Assembly: GCA_029243485.1 (NCBI GenBank)
Contig: JAQWRY010000011.1
Location: 77,228 to 141,227 of the forward strand
DNA: 64,000 nt
Source: Candidatus Binatia bacterium
Lineage (GTDB): Bacteria > Desulfobacterota > Binatia > UBA12015
Reading direction: 5' to 3'
Shown: one piece after another, positions 32,465 to 43,600 of the stretch
How positions within the stretch are numbered: the first letter of the stretch is position 1
Layout: the number at the start of each line of letters is the position of its first letter
Program-made: the position numbers and the translations under genes
Notes under the pieces: model-generated
The model's database searches: none
Seen by the model: the letters and a program-made list of their open reading frames with translations, nothing else
What the model was told of the DNA's origin: nothing

Positions 32465-33238
32465 ATGATAAATCGCGAACAGCTGGACAAGATGTTCGAC
32501 CTTTCCGGCCGGGTAGCGATCGTCACCGGCGGTAGCCGGGGCATCGGAAAGGCGATCGCCGGGGGATTCGCCGCGGCCGGCGCGAAAGTCGTCATCGCGA
32601 GCCGGAAGGCAAACGCCTGCGACGCCACCGTCGCCGAGATCGAGGCCACCGGCGGCGAAGCCCTCGCCGTCCCCACCCACCTGGGCGACATCGGGGCGCT
32701 CGAGAATCTCGTGAGGGCTACGGTGGACCGTTTCGGCGGCGTCGACATCGTGGTGAACAACGCCGCAAACGCACTCGCGCTACCGGTAGGACAAATCACG
32801 GCCGAGGCCTTCGACAAGTCCATCGCCGTGAACCTCCGCGGCCCGCTCTTCCTGGTCCAATTTGCGCTGCCCTATCTCCAGAAGAGCGAGCACGCTTCTG
32901 TGATCAATGTGATCAGCGCCGGCGTCTTCACGAGCGCGCAATTCGTCGGGCTCTACACCGCCGGCAAAGCGGGCCTCCGTACATTGACCCGCACGATGGC
33001 CCACGAACTCGCATCGCACAATATCCGCGTGAACGCGATCGCTCCCGGCACCGTAGACACCGACATGGTCCGCAATACCGATCCCGCCGCTCAGGCCGCG
33101 ATGCGCGACGCGGCTCCGGTGAAGCGCATGGCCGCTCCCGAAGAGATGATCGGGATGGCCCTCTACCTGGCGAGCGACGCCGGAAGCTTCGCGACAGGGC
33201 AGACGTTCATCGTCGACGGCGGAATGACGACGTCATAG
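32465..33238 (+). CDS. SDR oxidoreductase
   Basis: TGGSRGIG, NNAA, YTAGK, VNAIAPG. Confidence 0.92.
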   Translation: MINREQLDKMFDLSGRVAIVTGGSRGIGKAIAGGFAAAGAKVVIASRKANACDATVAEIEATGGEALAVPTHLGDIGALENLVRATVDRFGGVDIVVNNAANALALPVGQITAEAFDKSIAVNLRGPLFLVQFALPYLQKSEHASVINVISAGVFTSAQFVGLYTAGKAGLRTLTRTMAHELASHNIRVNAIAPGTVDTDMVRNTDPAAQAAMRDAAPVKRMAAPEEMIGMALYLASDAGSFATGQTFIVDGGMTTS

Positions 33239-33250
33239 GGACGTCGGAAC

Positions 33251-34060
33251 TCAGCGCCCTTGCCACTCCGGCCGCCTCTTCTCGACGAAGGCGCGCTGGC
33301 CCTCACGCGCATCGTCGGTCTTCCGAAGCTCGCGACCGATCGCCTCCTGGCGGCTGTAGCCGTCTTCGAGCGACATCCCGACGATTTCACGAACACCCCG
33401 CCGCGTTTCCCGCACAGCGAGCGGCGCATTGCCGGCGATCGCATCGGCGGTCTCAAAGGCGGTCGCCAGGAGATCCGTCGACTCCACGACCCGGTTCACC
33501 ACGCCGATGTCTACAGCGCGCTCGGCCGAGAAGGGGCGCGCGGTCAGCATGATCTCGTGGGCGTGCACCCAGCCGATCTGCTGTGGAAGAAGCACCGTGG
33601 AGTTTCCGGTCGGATAGAACCCGAGAGCAACCTCTTCAAGAGCAAAGGTGGCCTCGGGTACCGCGTAACGGATCTCAGAGGCGAGCATCATGTCGAACCC
33701 GCCCGCGCGAGCATGGCCGTTGATCGCGCACACCAGAGGCGTTCGCAGGTCGAAGCCGGCAAGGAGAGCCGTCGCGACGCTCCGCAGTCCTTCGAAGTCG
33801 TCGTCGTCGACCTTTTCGCCGCGTGCGAAGCGCTGCGAGACCGGAATCGTGGATCGCATGTCCATCCCGGAGCAGAACACCCGGCCCCCGCCACCGGTCA
33901 CGATCGCGCACCGCACGCCGTCGTCAGCCGCGATCTCTCGCCAAGCGCCGGCGAGCTCGCGCAACATGGAGAGGTTCAGGCTATTCGCCTTCTCGGGACG
34001 ATCGATCGTCACGAGGGCCACATGCGGGTGTTCGGCGGGCCGTTCGAGTCGTACGGGCAT
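33251..34060 (-). CDS. Enoyl-CoA hydratase/isomerase
   Basis: FCSGMDM, INGHARAGG, EVALG, AFVEKRRPEW. Confidence 0.9.
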   Translation of the reverse strand: MPVRLERPAEHPHVALVTIDRPEKANSLNLSMLRELAGAWREIAADDGVRCAIVTGGGGRVFCSGMDMRSTIPVSQRFARGEKVDDDDFEGLRSVATALLAGFDLRTPLVCAINGHARAGGFDMMLASEIRYAVPEATFALEEVALGFYPTGNSTVLLPQQIGWVHAHEIMLTARPFSAERAVDIGVVNRVVESTDLLATAFETADAIAGNAPLAVRETRRGVREIVGMSLEDGYSRQEAIGRELRKTDDAREGQRAFVEKRRPEWQGR

Positions 34061-34102
34061 GCGGGGAGTCTGGCATGTCGACCCCGCGCGGCGCCAGATC
34101 TC

Positions 34103-35491
34103 TCAGACGCGCCAGCCGGGCCGCCCGCCACGACGGGCTTGCCAGAACTCGGCGACGAGCCACAAGTAGAACGGCAGGTACTCGAGCCAACGCACCACCT
34201 CGAAGCGCTCCGACTCGCCCCGATACAGAAAGTAAAAGTCCGCGTAGTACAGAAACAAGAGACCCGACAGAGCGAGAAGCGCGCGCGACGGGAACACGAC
34301 GAGGAACGGCAGAGCCCAGGTGAAGTACCAGGGGTTCGATGTGGGCGCGAGAAGGAAGATCGCCACGATCACGACGAGCGAGGCACCAGCGGCACACATC
34401 GGTTCCGGGTTCCGGTGCACCAACGTGGCCGCGAGGACCACCGCGATCGCCATGGAGAGGCCGCAGAGCGCCCGTGCGTGATCGCCCACGACGAACGTCG
34501 CGAGGCTGAAGAGACTGTCGTTCTGCTGCCAGCCCTGCGCGAACGCGAACAATCCGTCGAACAACTGCAGCCTCGCGTCGGCCCACGGCAGGTACGCCAC
34601 GACGATGAGAGCGCCAAAGAGGACCACGCCCTGCACCGCCCTCGCCCGGTCCCGCCGCCAGACGAGCGCCGCCACGATCGGCACCAGAGCCACTGCAAAG
34701 AACTTGAGGAGCGTCACCCACGCGATCGCCGCAAACGCCGGAAGCCACCGGCCTCGAACGACCGCGAGCAGAAACGCGCTCAGCCCCAACACCACGAACG
34801 CGTCGAGGTGCAGGCTGTTCGAGAACTCCTTCAGCGCGAGCGGGCTCCACGCGTAGACCACGACCCACGAAAGCGGGCGACCGAGGCGAACCAGAAGAAG
34901 GGCCAGAAGAACCACGCTCGCGGCTTCGGCGAAGAACACGAGCGCCTTCCACCCGCCGAGCCCCCACGGCGTGAGCCACTGCCCGATCGCAAAGAGCCCC
35001 TGGGCAACCGGGGGATAGATGGTCGGTACGTGGCGATAGTTGATGCGCTCGTAGACGAAGCGGCCGGCCGGCCCCAGGCCGCCGGCCGGAGCGGCGCCGG
35101 CCTCGTGGGCCTCTTCGGGTGCCAAGACGTACGGATTCGCACCCGCGAGGATGGTCTGGCCGTCCCAGACGTAACGGTACGGATCGACCTCCTGGATCAT
35201 CCCCGCAGGGGCCAGAACCAATCGGCACGCGAGCGCGACCCCGAGGATGAAGCCGAAGTGCCACGGACGCGAGCGGGCACGGCGTATGATCTCGACCGCA
35301 AGGAAGTAGGCCACGAACGCAGCGAATTCGAGCCCCAGAAACGTCGCCAACGGTCGTTCTGCGTGCCCCGTGCCGAACACGAACGAGGTGGCGAGCGGGG
35401 CCACGCCGGCCTGGCTCGCAAGGAGGACCGCACCGCACGCCGCGAGCCCGAGAGCCGGGCCGCGACGGGCGAGCGATTGGTCGTCGTTCAG
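34103..35491 (-). CDS. GT-C fold membrane glycosyltransferase (family 87/DUF2029-like)
   Basis: DPYRYVWDG, NPY, TIYPPVAQ, YAWSPL, HLD, PWYFTW; frame is open from CTG 35491 (ORF track starts at GTG 35404). Confidence 0.78.
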   Translation of the reverse strand: MNDDQSLARRGPALGLAACGAVLLASQAGVAPLATSFVFGTGHAERPLATFLGLEFAAFVAYFLAVEIIRRARSRPWHFGFILGVALACRLVLAPAGMIQEVDPYRYVWDGQTILAGANPYVLAPEEAHEAGAAPAGGLGPAGRFVYERINYRHVPTIYPPVAQGLFAIGQWLTPWGLGGWKALVFFAEAASVVLLALLLVRLGRPLSWVVVYAWSPLALKEFSNSLHLDAFVVLGLSAFLLAVVRGRWLPAFAAIAWVTLLKFFAVALVPIVAALVWRRDRARAVQGVVLFGALIVVAYLPWADARLQLFDGLFAFAQGWQQNDSLFSLATFVVGDHARALCGLSMAIAVVLAATLVHRNPEPMCAAGASLVVIVAIFLLAPTSNPWYFTWALPFLVVFPSRALLALSGLLFLYYADFYFLYRGESERFEVVRWLEYLPFYLWLVAEFWQARRGGRPGWRV

Positions 35492-35727
35492 CTGCCTTCG
35501 CGCGGGGCCGGCGCCGACTCCTTCTTCGCGGCATCTTTCGCGTCATCTTCCGGTGCACCGTCGCCGGCGGCATCCTTCGGCGCAGCGGCTGCACCACCAC
35601 CGCGACTCCCCTCCGGCATCGCCGCCGGCTCAGCCTCCTCTTCGTGCGACGCGCCGAAGGCAGGGGGCACCGAGAGGCCGGCCGTGAGCACCGCCACTCC
35701 CAACATCTTCACAATCCGTGTCGTCAT
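35488..35727 (-). CDS. Small secreted low-complexity Ala/Glu/Asp-rich protein
   Basis: Signal peptide ending AFGA; 4-nt overlaps with both neighbours. Confidence 0.7.
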   Translation of the reverse strand: MTTRIVKMLGVAVLTAGLSVPPAFGASHEEEAEPAAMPEGSRGGGAAAAPKDAAGDGAPEDDAKDAAKKESAPAPREGS

Positions 35728-36008
35728 GGCTTTAGTTCGTATCCGCCGTCAGCGGGAGCCGTCAAAGGAAACGGCGCAAACTCGGCGTGCGTGACGTCGA
35801 TCAAGTTCTGGATCGAGAGGGTGAGCCGCTCGATCTCAGCGGCCGGCCCCGTTACGCGCACCACGATCGGCACTAGCCCCTCCTCGTCCTCCTCGCCGAC
35901 CGAGAGAGTCCGGATATTCAGAGCGCGGCGATAGAACATGCCGGTCATCCGGGCTAGCACTCCCGGACGATGAAACGCCCGTGCCTGCAGCAAGTAGTCT
36001 GTGCTCAT
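35724..36008 (-). CDS. ilvN: Acetolactate synthase small regulatory subunit (ACT domain)
   Basis: HRPGVLARMTGMFYRRALNIRTLSVG...NLIDV; ATGA overlap with ilvB. Confidence 0.85.
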   Translation of the reverse strand: MSTDYLLQARAFHRPGVLARMTGMFYRRALNIRTLSVGEEDEEGLVPIVVRVTGPAAEIERLTLSIQNLIDVTHAEFAPFPLTAPADGGYELKP

Positions 36009-37807
36009 GAGATCACCTCGTCCCCCGCAGCACCGATCCGCTGCGCTTCGTCTTGTGTAAAGAACTCCCCCGGGCGCGACACACAGTTGCCGCCGTATTC
36101 GGCGAACGTCCGCCCCGCGGGCATCATCGGGAAATTGTCGGCCGCGGGATCGATCGACACGTGGATCAGAGCCGGGCCTCCGTAGGCGATCGCCTCCTCC
36201 AGCGCGCGCGCCAGCCCGCAATCATCCGACACCGTTGCGGCGTGTGCGCCGAAGGACCGCGCGAGCATCGCGAAGTCCGGATGGCCGGGACGGTCGTCGA
36301 ACCGCACCGCTTCCCAGCGACTCTCGTACTCCCGGTCCTGCCATTGGCGGACCATCCCCAGCTGCTCGTTGTCGAGTACGATGGTGATGACTGGCAGATG
36401 CTCCTGCACCGCGGTGGCGAGCTCCTGGCTCGTCATCTGAAAGCTGCCATCCCCGTCCACCACGAACACCCGCGACTCCGGGCACGCCTTCGCCGCACCG
36501 ATGGCCGCCGGGAGGCCGTAGCCCATCGTCCCCGCGCCGCTCGAGGTCAGCAGACGCCGAGGCTCGTCGAACTCGAGGAAGTGACACGCGAACATCTGGT
36601 GCTGCCCGACGCCGGTCGTGACGATGTCCTGCGGCCGCAGCACACGACCAAGCGCATCCATCACGTTCTTCGGATGGGACCCCACCCTCGCCACGTGCGG
36701 CACGCACTGCACGCAGACTTCGCGAGCCGCTTCTGTTCGACGCACCCAGCTCAGCCTCTCCGCAGACGGTGCAAACCCGATAGACGCCGCGTCCAATGCC
36801 CGAGCCGCGGTTCGCGCATCCGACTGAATCGCGATCTCGGCAGGGACATTCTTGCCGAGCTCATACGCATCTACGTCGATGTGGATGATCTTCTTTCCCT
36901 TCGCGAAAGCGTCGGTCTGCCCCGTAATCCGATCCGTGAATCGACTGCCGAGCGCGAGCACGACATCCGCTTCGGTCAGAGCCCAGACGCCGGACTTCCG
37001 CCCGTACATCCCGATCATCCCGAGTGCCTGCGGGTGGCTTTCGGGAAACAGCCCCTTCGCGTTGATCGTGCTCACCACCGGCAGCTTCAAACGCTCCGCG
37101 AGCGCGATCACCTCGGCGCGCGACTCCGCGATCACTGCACCACCGCCGAGGAGCATCACCGGCCGCTCGGCCTGCGCCAGCAAGCGCGCCGCCGATCCGA
37201 TCGCTTCCGAATTGCACTCCGGCTCGGTCGCCCCGCGCGAATTCGGCGCCTCCGAGGCGATTACCGCGGCCGTCGCGATCAACACGTCCTTTGGCAGATC
37301 CACGTACACGGGCCCCGGCCGGCCGGAACGCGCGATCTCGAAGGCCCGGGAGATGGCCTCGGCGACCTCGGCGACCGACCGAGGCTGGAATGCGTGCTTC
37401 GTGATGGACGCCGTAATCGAGAGCATGTCCGTCTCTTGGAACGCATCCCGGCCGATCAGCGGGGTCGCGACCTGTCCTCCCAACGCGACGAGGGGAACGG
37501 AATCGAGGTGCGCGTCCATGATGCCCGTGACCAGATTCGTCACGCCGGGCCCGCTGGTAGCCACGCACACGCCCACCTTCCCCGACGCGCGCGCATACCC
37601 GGCGGCCGCGTGGGCGGCACCCTGCTCATGCCGCACCATCACGTGGTGCAGTGCCGGATCTCGATGAAGCGCATCATAGAAGTGCAGAATCGCGCCACCG
37701 CCGTAACCGAACACGACATCAACTCCGTTCGCCTTCAACACATCGCAGACGATCTCGGCGCCGCTGCGTTCCTGTTGCGCCGTCGCAATTGCTGCACTTC
37801 CTTGCAT
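36005..37807 (-). CDS. ilvB: Acetolactate synthase large subunit
   Basis: RHEQGA, TSGPG, DAFQE, SGRPGPV, GVGQHQM, TPP motif GDGSFQM...N..LGMVRQWQ. Confidence 0.95.
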   Translation of the reverse strand: MQGSAAIATAQQERSGAEIVCDVLKANGVDVVFGYGGGAILHFYDALHRDPALHHVMVRHEQGAAHAAAGYARASGKVGVCVATSGPGVTNLVTGIMDAHLDSVPLVALGGQVATPLIGRDAFQETDMLSITASITKHAFQPRSVAEVAEAISRAFEIARSGRPGPVYVDLPKDVLIATAAVIASEAPNSRGATEPECNSEAIGSAARLLAQAERPVMLLGGGAVIAESRAEVIALAERLKLPVVSTINAKGLFPESHPQALGMIGMYGRKSGVWALTEADVVLALGSRFTDRITGQTDAFAKGKKIIHIDVDAYELGKNVPAEIAIQSDARTAARALDAASIGFAPSAERLSWVRRTEAAREVCVQCVPHVARVGSHPKNVMDALGRVLRPQDIVTTGVGQHQMFACHFLEFDEPRRLLTSSGAGTMGYGLPAAIGAAKACPESRVFVVDGDGSFQMTSQELATAVQEHLPVITIVLDNEQLGMVRQWQDREYESRWEAVRFDDRPGHPDFAMLARSFGAHAATVSDDCGLARALEEAIAYGGPALIHVSIDPAADNFPMMPAGRTFAEYGGNCVSRPGEFFTQDEAQRIGAAGDEVIS

Positions 37808-37831
37808 CTTTTCGCTCCTTGTCTGTGCTCC

Positions 37832-37871
37832 AAAAAAGAAAAGGCCCGCCTCTCGAGAGAGGCGGGCCTTT
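37832..37871 (-). terminator. Attenuator terminator hairpin upstream of ilvB
   Basis: Minus strand AAAGGCCCGCCTCT-CTCG-AGAGGCGGGCCTTT then TCTTTTTT. Confidence 0.9.
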
Positions 37872-37902
37872 GGGACCGTCGGTTTTCTTCGTTTCTACAG
37901 AG

Positions 37903-38034
37903 TCACGAATTCCATTCGGTCGCAGTGGTCCGCCTCGCGGGGCTAACCACGACGACGACGTCTCGTACGGGTACGAGAAGTCGAAGCTCGACGCGGCTGG
38001 CGCGTCGACCCATCTGTTTACGGAACAAGGACAT
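37903..38034 (-). CDS. ilvB leader peptide (43 aa)
   Basis: MSLFRKQMGRRASRVELRLLVPVRDVVVVVSPARRTTATEWNS*; Val/Leu run; GAGGCGGACC (37936-37927) can pair with the terminator 5' arm. Confidence 0.8.
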   Translation of the reverse strand: MSLFRKQMGRRASRVELRLLVPVRDVVVVVSPARRTTATEWNS

Positions 38035-38112
38035 CGGTTCGTTTCCTGCGGATGGTGCTACCCGAGCAACCCCGCCACGACAAGGCTCCCTCCACCATCG
38101 TGGAAAGCCGGC

Positions 38113-39540
38113 TCAGCGAACGATGTCCGGATCGAGCAGGCCACTCGCCGCCAGCAGCCGGAGTTGGGCCGCATTGTACCGAAGAATCGACGTGACGAGC
38201 GACAAGCGGGCCCGGGCCTCCGCATTCTGGGCCTCGATCACCTCGAGCCCGAGCCCCGTGCCGGCTTCAAAGCGAGCGATCTGGATCCGCCAGCTTCGAC
38301 CGGCCGCCCGAACCCCGTGGTTCGCTTCCGGGATCGCATCGGCGGCCGCCGAGACCTCGACGAGGGCTCCCTGGACCTGTCCGCGCGCCTGCTCGGCCGC
38401 GAAAGCCGCCGAAAGGTCTCTCGACCGTGCCTCGGCGGCCACTTCCTGCACCCGCGCCAACTCGCTCAACTGAAAGCTCCAGCCGATCGCGGCGAGCCCG
38501 ATCGTGCCCGCGCCCAGATCGTCGGCCTCGATTCCGAGCCAGCGCTGTCGGCCCTCGAGTTCGATCGTCGGACCGAGCAGGTTCCACCAAGTGGAGCGCT
38601 CTGCGTGCAACGCAGCCTGCGCGCGGGCCTCCGCCGCCCGTACGTCGGGACGGCGAGCAGTCGAATGCTCCGCCAACTCGCCCGCGCCGCCTTCGACGAG
38701 TGCGTGCGGGCGCACCTCGGCTTCGGCCGGAGCGAGAAGGACCGTCGGGTCCCAACGCAGAAGCGTGGCCAGCGTGGCACTCGTGACCTCCCACGTACCG
38801 CGCGCCCGAATGTGCACCTGGCGCGCCGCCGCGAGCTCCGCCTCGGCGCGCGCGACGTCGGCACGCGACGAGACTTCCGCCGCCGCTCGCGCACGTGCGA
38901 TCGAGAGGAATCTCTCCGTGGCCGCAACGAGTTGGTCGGCGATCTCGACCTCTGCGCGGGAGCGCAGTAGGTCGAAGTACGCGAGGCCGGCGCTCTCCAT
39001 CGCACGTCGCGCAGAATCTCCCGCGTCTCCGGCCGCAGCATCCTGGCCGTACCGCGCGGAAATCGATTGCTCCACCGCGCCACCGGGATTCAGACGATAG
39101 AAAACCGAGAGACCCGCCTCGAAGCGTCCGAACGCGACGTCTTCCACGACTCCGAACGATCCGACCTGCCGACCGTCGAGATGCCAGGCGCGGTAGTCGC
39201 CCCGCACTCCGGGAACGAACGCCGCGTCGGCAGCCAGGGTACGCGCGGCCGCAGCCTCCAACTGCGCTTCCGCATCGAGCACCGCGATGCTGTCCTCGCC
39301 TGCTCGCAGAAGGACTTCCTGGAGGGTGACCGCGCGGACCTGCAGGTGCGCCGGCAACTCGGTCTCGGGTAGCGGCACAGCGACCGGCGGCGCCTTCGCG
39401 AACTCCGGCTGAAGCTCCGCCGGCAAAACCGGCGGCTCGATCAACGACGGATCGGACTCGTAGCCCAAGAAGGCCGAACAACCTGCGACGAGCAGCGAAC
39501 ACAAGAGCGCCGTCGCAGGTGCAGCGAAACGCAAGATCAT
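38113..39540 (-). CDS. TolC-family outer membrane efflux lipoprotein
   Basis: Lipobox VAGC; AYFDL, RFEAGTG..LEVIEAQ, YNAAQLRL. Confidence 0.88.
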   Translation of the reverse strand: MILRFAAPATALLCSLLVAGCSAFLGYESDPSLIEPPVLPAELQPEFAKAPPVAVPLPETELPAHLQVRAVTLQEVLLRAGEDSIAVLDAEAQLEAAAARTLAADAAFVPGVRGDYRAWHLDGRQVGSFGVVEDVAFGRFEAGLSVFYRLNPGGAVEQSISARYGQDAAAGDAGDSARRAMESAGLAYFDLLRSRAEVEIADQLVAATERFLSIARARAAAEVSSRADVARAEAELAAARQVHIRARGTWEVTSATLATLLRWDPTVLLAPAEAEVRPHALVEGGAGELAEHSTARRPDVRAAEARAQAALHAERSTWWNLLGPTIELEGRQRWLGIEADDLGAGTIGLAAIGWSFQLSELARVQEVAAEARSRDLSAAFAAEQARGQVQGALVEVSAAADAIPEANHGVRAAGRSWRIQIARFEAGTGLGLEVIEAQNAEARARLSLVTSILRYNAAQLRLLAASGLLDPDIVR

Positions 39541-40631
39541 TCGCTCGGGGTCTCCGCGACATCCACCGCCGCACCTTCGCGCGCCAACGGCGAACCACTC
39601 AGCATGACGTTGTCGCCTGCCGCGAGGCCGGACGCTACGACAGCTCGACGTCCATCATCGGAAGCCACCGCGACCGGCCGGCGCACCAGCGCCCCGTTTT
39701 CGACGACGAGAACGTGACGATCACTCCCCTGCCCCCGCACCGCGCGAGACGGAAGAACCAGCGCCCCCTCGCGGGTCGTCAGGCCGAGATGCACCTGCGC
39801 GAACATGCCGGGCTCGAGACCCAACGTCGCATCGGTGATGTCGACCTCGGCGCGCATCGAGCGCGTTCGCGGATCGAGCGCGCCGGCCGTGCGCGTAACC
39901 GTGTCTTCCAGTTCCTCACCCGGGAACGCGTCGAGGGTGATGCGCACTGGCTGACCGACCTTGAGGCTCGGCACGATTTTCTCCGGGACATCGAAGACCA
40001 GGCGGAGCGAATCGGTTCGGACGATCTCCACGACCGGTTCGGCACCCGGCGTCGAACCCTCTCGGATGAGCGCCCCCGTGTGGAGGATACGGCGGGAAAT
40101 CCGACCATCGAAGGGCGCGCGCACGACCGAAAACTCGGCCAGCCGATTCAGACGCGCGGCGGACGCCTCAGCCCGTGCGAGGCCGGCGATCGCCATCTGC
40201 TCCTGCGCTGCCGCCGTATCGACGTCCTGACTCGCGACCGCATCCTTCTCGCGACGGCGCAGCGACTCGAGACGGCGGCGCGTGATGCCGGCGATCTCGA
40301 CTTCGGCCGCCCGGCTCTTCACCTCGGCGTGTGCACGCTGCACGTCGGCATCCATCTCGGGGACGAGGATTCGGGCGAGTGGGTCTCCCGCCTTCACCTC
40401 GTCGCCGATGTCGACGTCGACCGATTCGAGGTAGCCCGTCACGCGTGCGTAAAGCGCGGCCATCTCCTGCGGCTCGAGCGAGCCCGGCAGAATATACGCC
40501 ACCGCGACGTCCTCGACCGCAGGTCGTGTCGTCACGATGCGTGGGAGACCCGCTCCCGTTCCGACCGACGTCGACCCGCCGCCCCCGCAGCCCATCGAAA
40601 CGACCAACAGCAGGGCGAAGATCTCACGCAT
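39537..40631 (-). CDS. RND periplasmic adaptor (MFP)
   Basis: ARVTGYL..VDVDIGDEVKAG, VRAPFDG, LDPRTRSMRAE, LEPGMF. Confidence 0.9.
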   Translation of the reverse strand: MREIFALLLVVSMGCGGGGSTSVGTGAGLPRIVTTRPAVEDVAVAYILPGSLEPQEMAALYARVTGYLESVDVDIGDEVKAGDPLARILVPEMDADVQRAHAEVKSRAAEVEIAGITRRRLESLRRREKDAVASQDVDTAAAQEQMAIAGLARAEASAARLNRLAEFSVVRAPFDGRISRRILHTGALIREGSTPGAEPVVEIVRTDSLRLVFDVPEKIVPSLKVGQPVRITLDAFPGEELEDTVTRTAGALDPRTRSMRAEVDITDATLGLEPGMFAQVHLGLTTREGALVLPSRAVRGQGSDRHVLVVENGALVRRPVAVASDDGRRAVVASGLAAGDNVMLSGSPLAREGAAVDVAETPSE

Positions 40632-43600
40632 GCGACGACTCCAGATCCGGCGCGGCCGGTGCGGGGGGACGCTTCACTACAGCGTACAGACAGGGGAGGA
40701 CAAACAGAGTGAGGGCCGTTGCCCCGAGGACGCCGCCGATGATCGCGCGGGCCAAGGGAATGTTCGCTTCGCCGCCGCCCAGCCCGACCGCCATCGGAGC
40801 GATGGCCAGAACGGTCGTGAGAGACGTCATCAAGATCGGACGGAAACGAACCCGCGCCGCCTCGCGGACCGCGCCCCGGACGTCGCCGGTCTCGTCGAGA
40901 TTCCGGTTCGCGAAGTCCACCAGGACAATTCCGTACTCGACGACGATACCAGCCATCATGATCACGCCCATCAGACTCTGGATGTTGAGGGAGGTCCCCG
41001 TCACGAAGAGGACCAGGGAGACCCCGATCATGCCGAGCGGAACGGTCGCGAGGATCAGCAACGGATCGACGAACGAGCGGAACTGCGCCACCATCAAGAG
41101 GTAGATCAGCAACACGGCGATGAGGAGCCCCGCCCCAAACTGCCGAAACGACTCCCGCATCGTCTGGATCTCGCCGCTCGCCGCCAGGGTGTAGCCCCGC
41201 CCGGCGTACCGGCCGCCTATCTCGTAGGCCACCTCTTCTCGCCCGCTGTCGAACGGCATGAGACCCAGGTTCTCGTCAGCCATCAGATGCTCATCGATCG
41301 CGGTCACTGCGTCCCCGAGGTTCACGCCGGGGACCGTATCGGCATAGACGTCGAAGCTTCGCGTGATGTTCCGGTGACTGACGAACGACGGGCCCGTACC
41401 GCGGTGAATCGTCGCGATCGTGCCGAGGGGTATGGGTTCCATCGCCTCGTCGGACGTGAGCGGAATGTCGCGCAGCGTGTCGATCGAGATCAGCTCTGTC
41501 TCGGGATACTGCGCTCCGATGAAGTAGTGGTTGCCGTTTCGCTCGTCGATCCAGAATGCCGGCTGGAAGTTGATGCTCGAATTCGTCGCGGTCACGAGAT
41601 TGTGCATCACGTCTTCGACCGTGAGCCCGGCCAACGCGGCCTTCACGCGGTCGATCTCGACTTCGATGGTCGGGTAGTCGTTGCGCTGCAACACCCGCAC
41701 GTCTTCGGTGCCCGGCACCTGTGCCACGACCGTCGCGATGTCGGCTGCGATGTCACCCAGCGTATCGAGATCACTTCCGCGGACCTGGTAGTGAATGGGC
41801 GCGGGTTCGCCGAAGTTCAGGGCCGCGGTGAGCATTCCGCCGGTGTCGAAGGCAAACTCCGCCTGCGGGAAATCGTTGCGAAGCCGCGCGCGCAGGCGCG
41901 TGACGATGTCGAAGACGCTGGGGGTCGACGACGAGTCCTTCAGCTGCACGAGGAGGAACGAATCCATCGGGCCTCGATTCGGCGTGTACGCAGCGGGCCA
42001 ATCCATAAGGACACCGATGTTCGAGATGAGCATCTGAAGATGCGAGTCCGCATAACGCTCGACCTTCGGGTACTCCGGATCCGGCTGCCCCAACTCCTCG
42101 ACGATGACCTTCTCGACACGGGCGACCATTTCCTCGGACCGCTCGATCCGCGTGCCCGACGCAAGGCGCACGTAGACCTGGAACTGCCCCGCATCGACCC
42201 GCGGGAACAATTCGGTGCCGAGGTTCCCGGCGAGAACCAGGGCGGCCAGGGCCGCAACGCAGGCCCCCACGAGAACGGACTTCCGATGGCGTAGAGCGGC
42301 ATCGACCGCACGCTCGTAGCGGGCGATGCCGCCGCCGGGCTGCGTGCCCTGCGGCGGCGGAGGTCCTTGCAGCAAGCGCGCGCAGAGCGCGGGAACCACG
42401 GTCACCGCGACGACGAGCGAGGCCAGAATCGCGAACGAGGCGGCGAGCGCGAGCGGTGTAAACAGAAAGCGCGCCATCCCCGACAGGAAGACGACCGGAA
42501 AGAACACGACGGCGAAGGTGAGCGTCGACACGACGATCGGCGCGGCCACCTCGCTCGTACCAGCGGCCGCAGCTTCGGCCGCGTCCTTCCCCATCTGCCG
42601 GTGACGAACGATGTTCTCGACCACAACGATGGACTGGTCGACGAGAATCCCCACGGCGAGTGCGAGCCCACCGAGGGTCATCGCATTGATCGTCCGACCG
42701 GTTGCCCACAGACCGAAGAGGGAGACCAGCGTAGCGAGCGGAATCGCCAGAGCCACGACGACGGTGAGGCGAACGTCGCGCAAGAATACCAGGACGACAA
42801 GTGCGGCCAGCACCGCCCCGAGAAGAGCGGCAAGCTGGAGCCCGGAAATCGAATCCCGAACATAGACCGATTGATCCAGGACTACTTCGAGCGCGAGATC
42901 CTGTGCTCGGTCATCCATCTCCCGCAGACGCTGCCGAATGCGGGCGAGCTGCGAGCGAATGGAGTCGACGATCTCGATCGTGTTGGCACCCGGCTGGCGG
43001 TAGATTGGAATGTAGACCTGTCGACGCCCGTTGATCCGCACGATGTTCGACTGGATCTGGGCGGAATCCTGGACACTCGCCACGTCGCGCATGAAGACGG
43101 GCCGCCCATCGTGGACCGCGACGGGTACATCGTTCAGCTCGCTCACCTTCTCCGGCATCGCGTTTGCGAAGATCTGGTAGTCGGTCTCGCCGACCTTGAT
43201 GTTCCCTGCGGGGACAAAGACCGATTGCTCGTGGAGAGCACGGACGACGTCCATCGGCGACATCCCGCGAGAATCGAGCCGCTCACGATCAACCTGCGCG
43301 ATAATCCGCCGGAGCTTGCCGCCGTAAACGGCCGGCGCGATTACCCCGGGAATCGACTGCAGCCGATTCCGCAGCTCGTAGTACGCGACGTCGTACAGCT
43401 CCTTCTCGCTCATCGTGTCGGAGGACACGCTGACGAGACAGAGCGGCACCGAGGCCGTCGGGTCGAAGGGCATGACCATCGGCGGGATCGTCCCCGGCGG
43501 CAGGTAGAACATGTCGCTCATCGCGTAGGACGTGACCTGGCTCATCGCGGTATCGAGACTGATGCCCTCGCGGAAGAAGTCCTTAACGATGCTGACGCCG

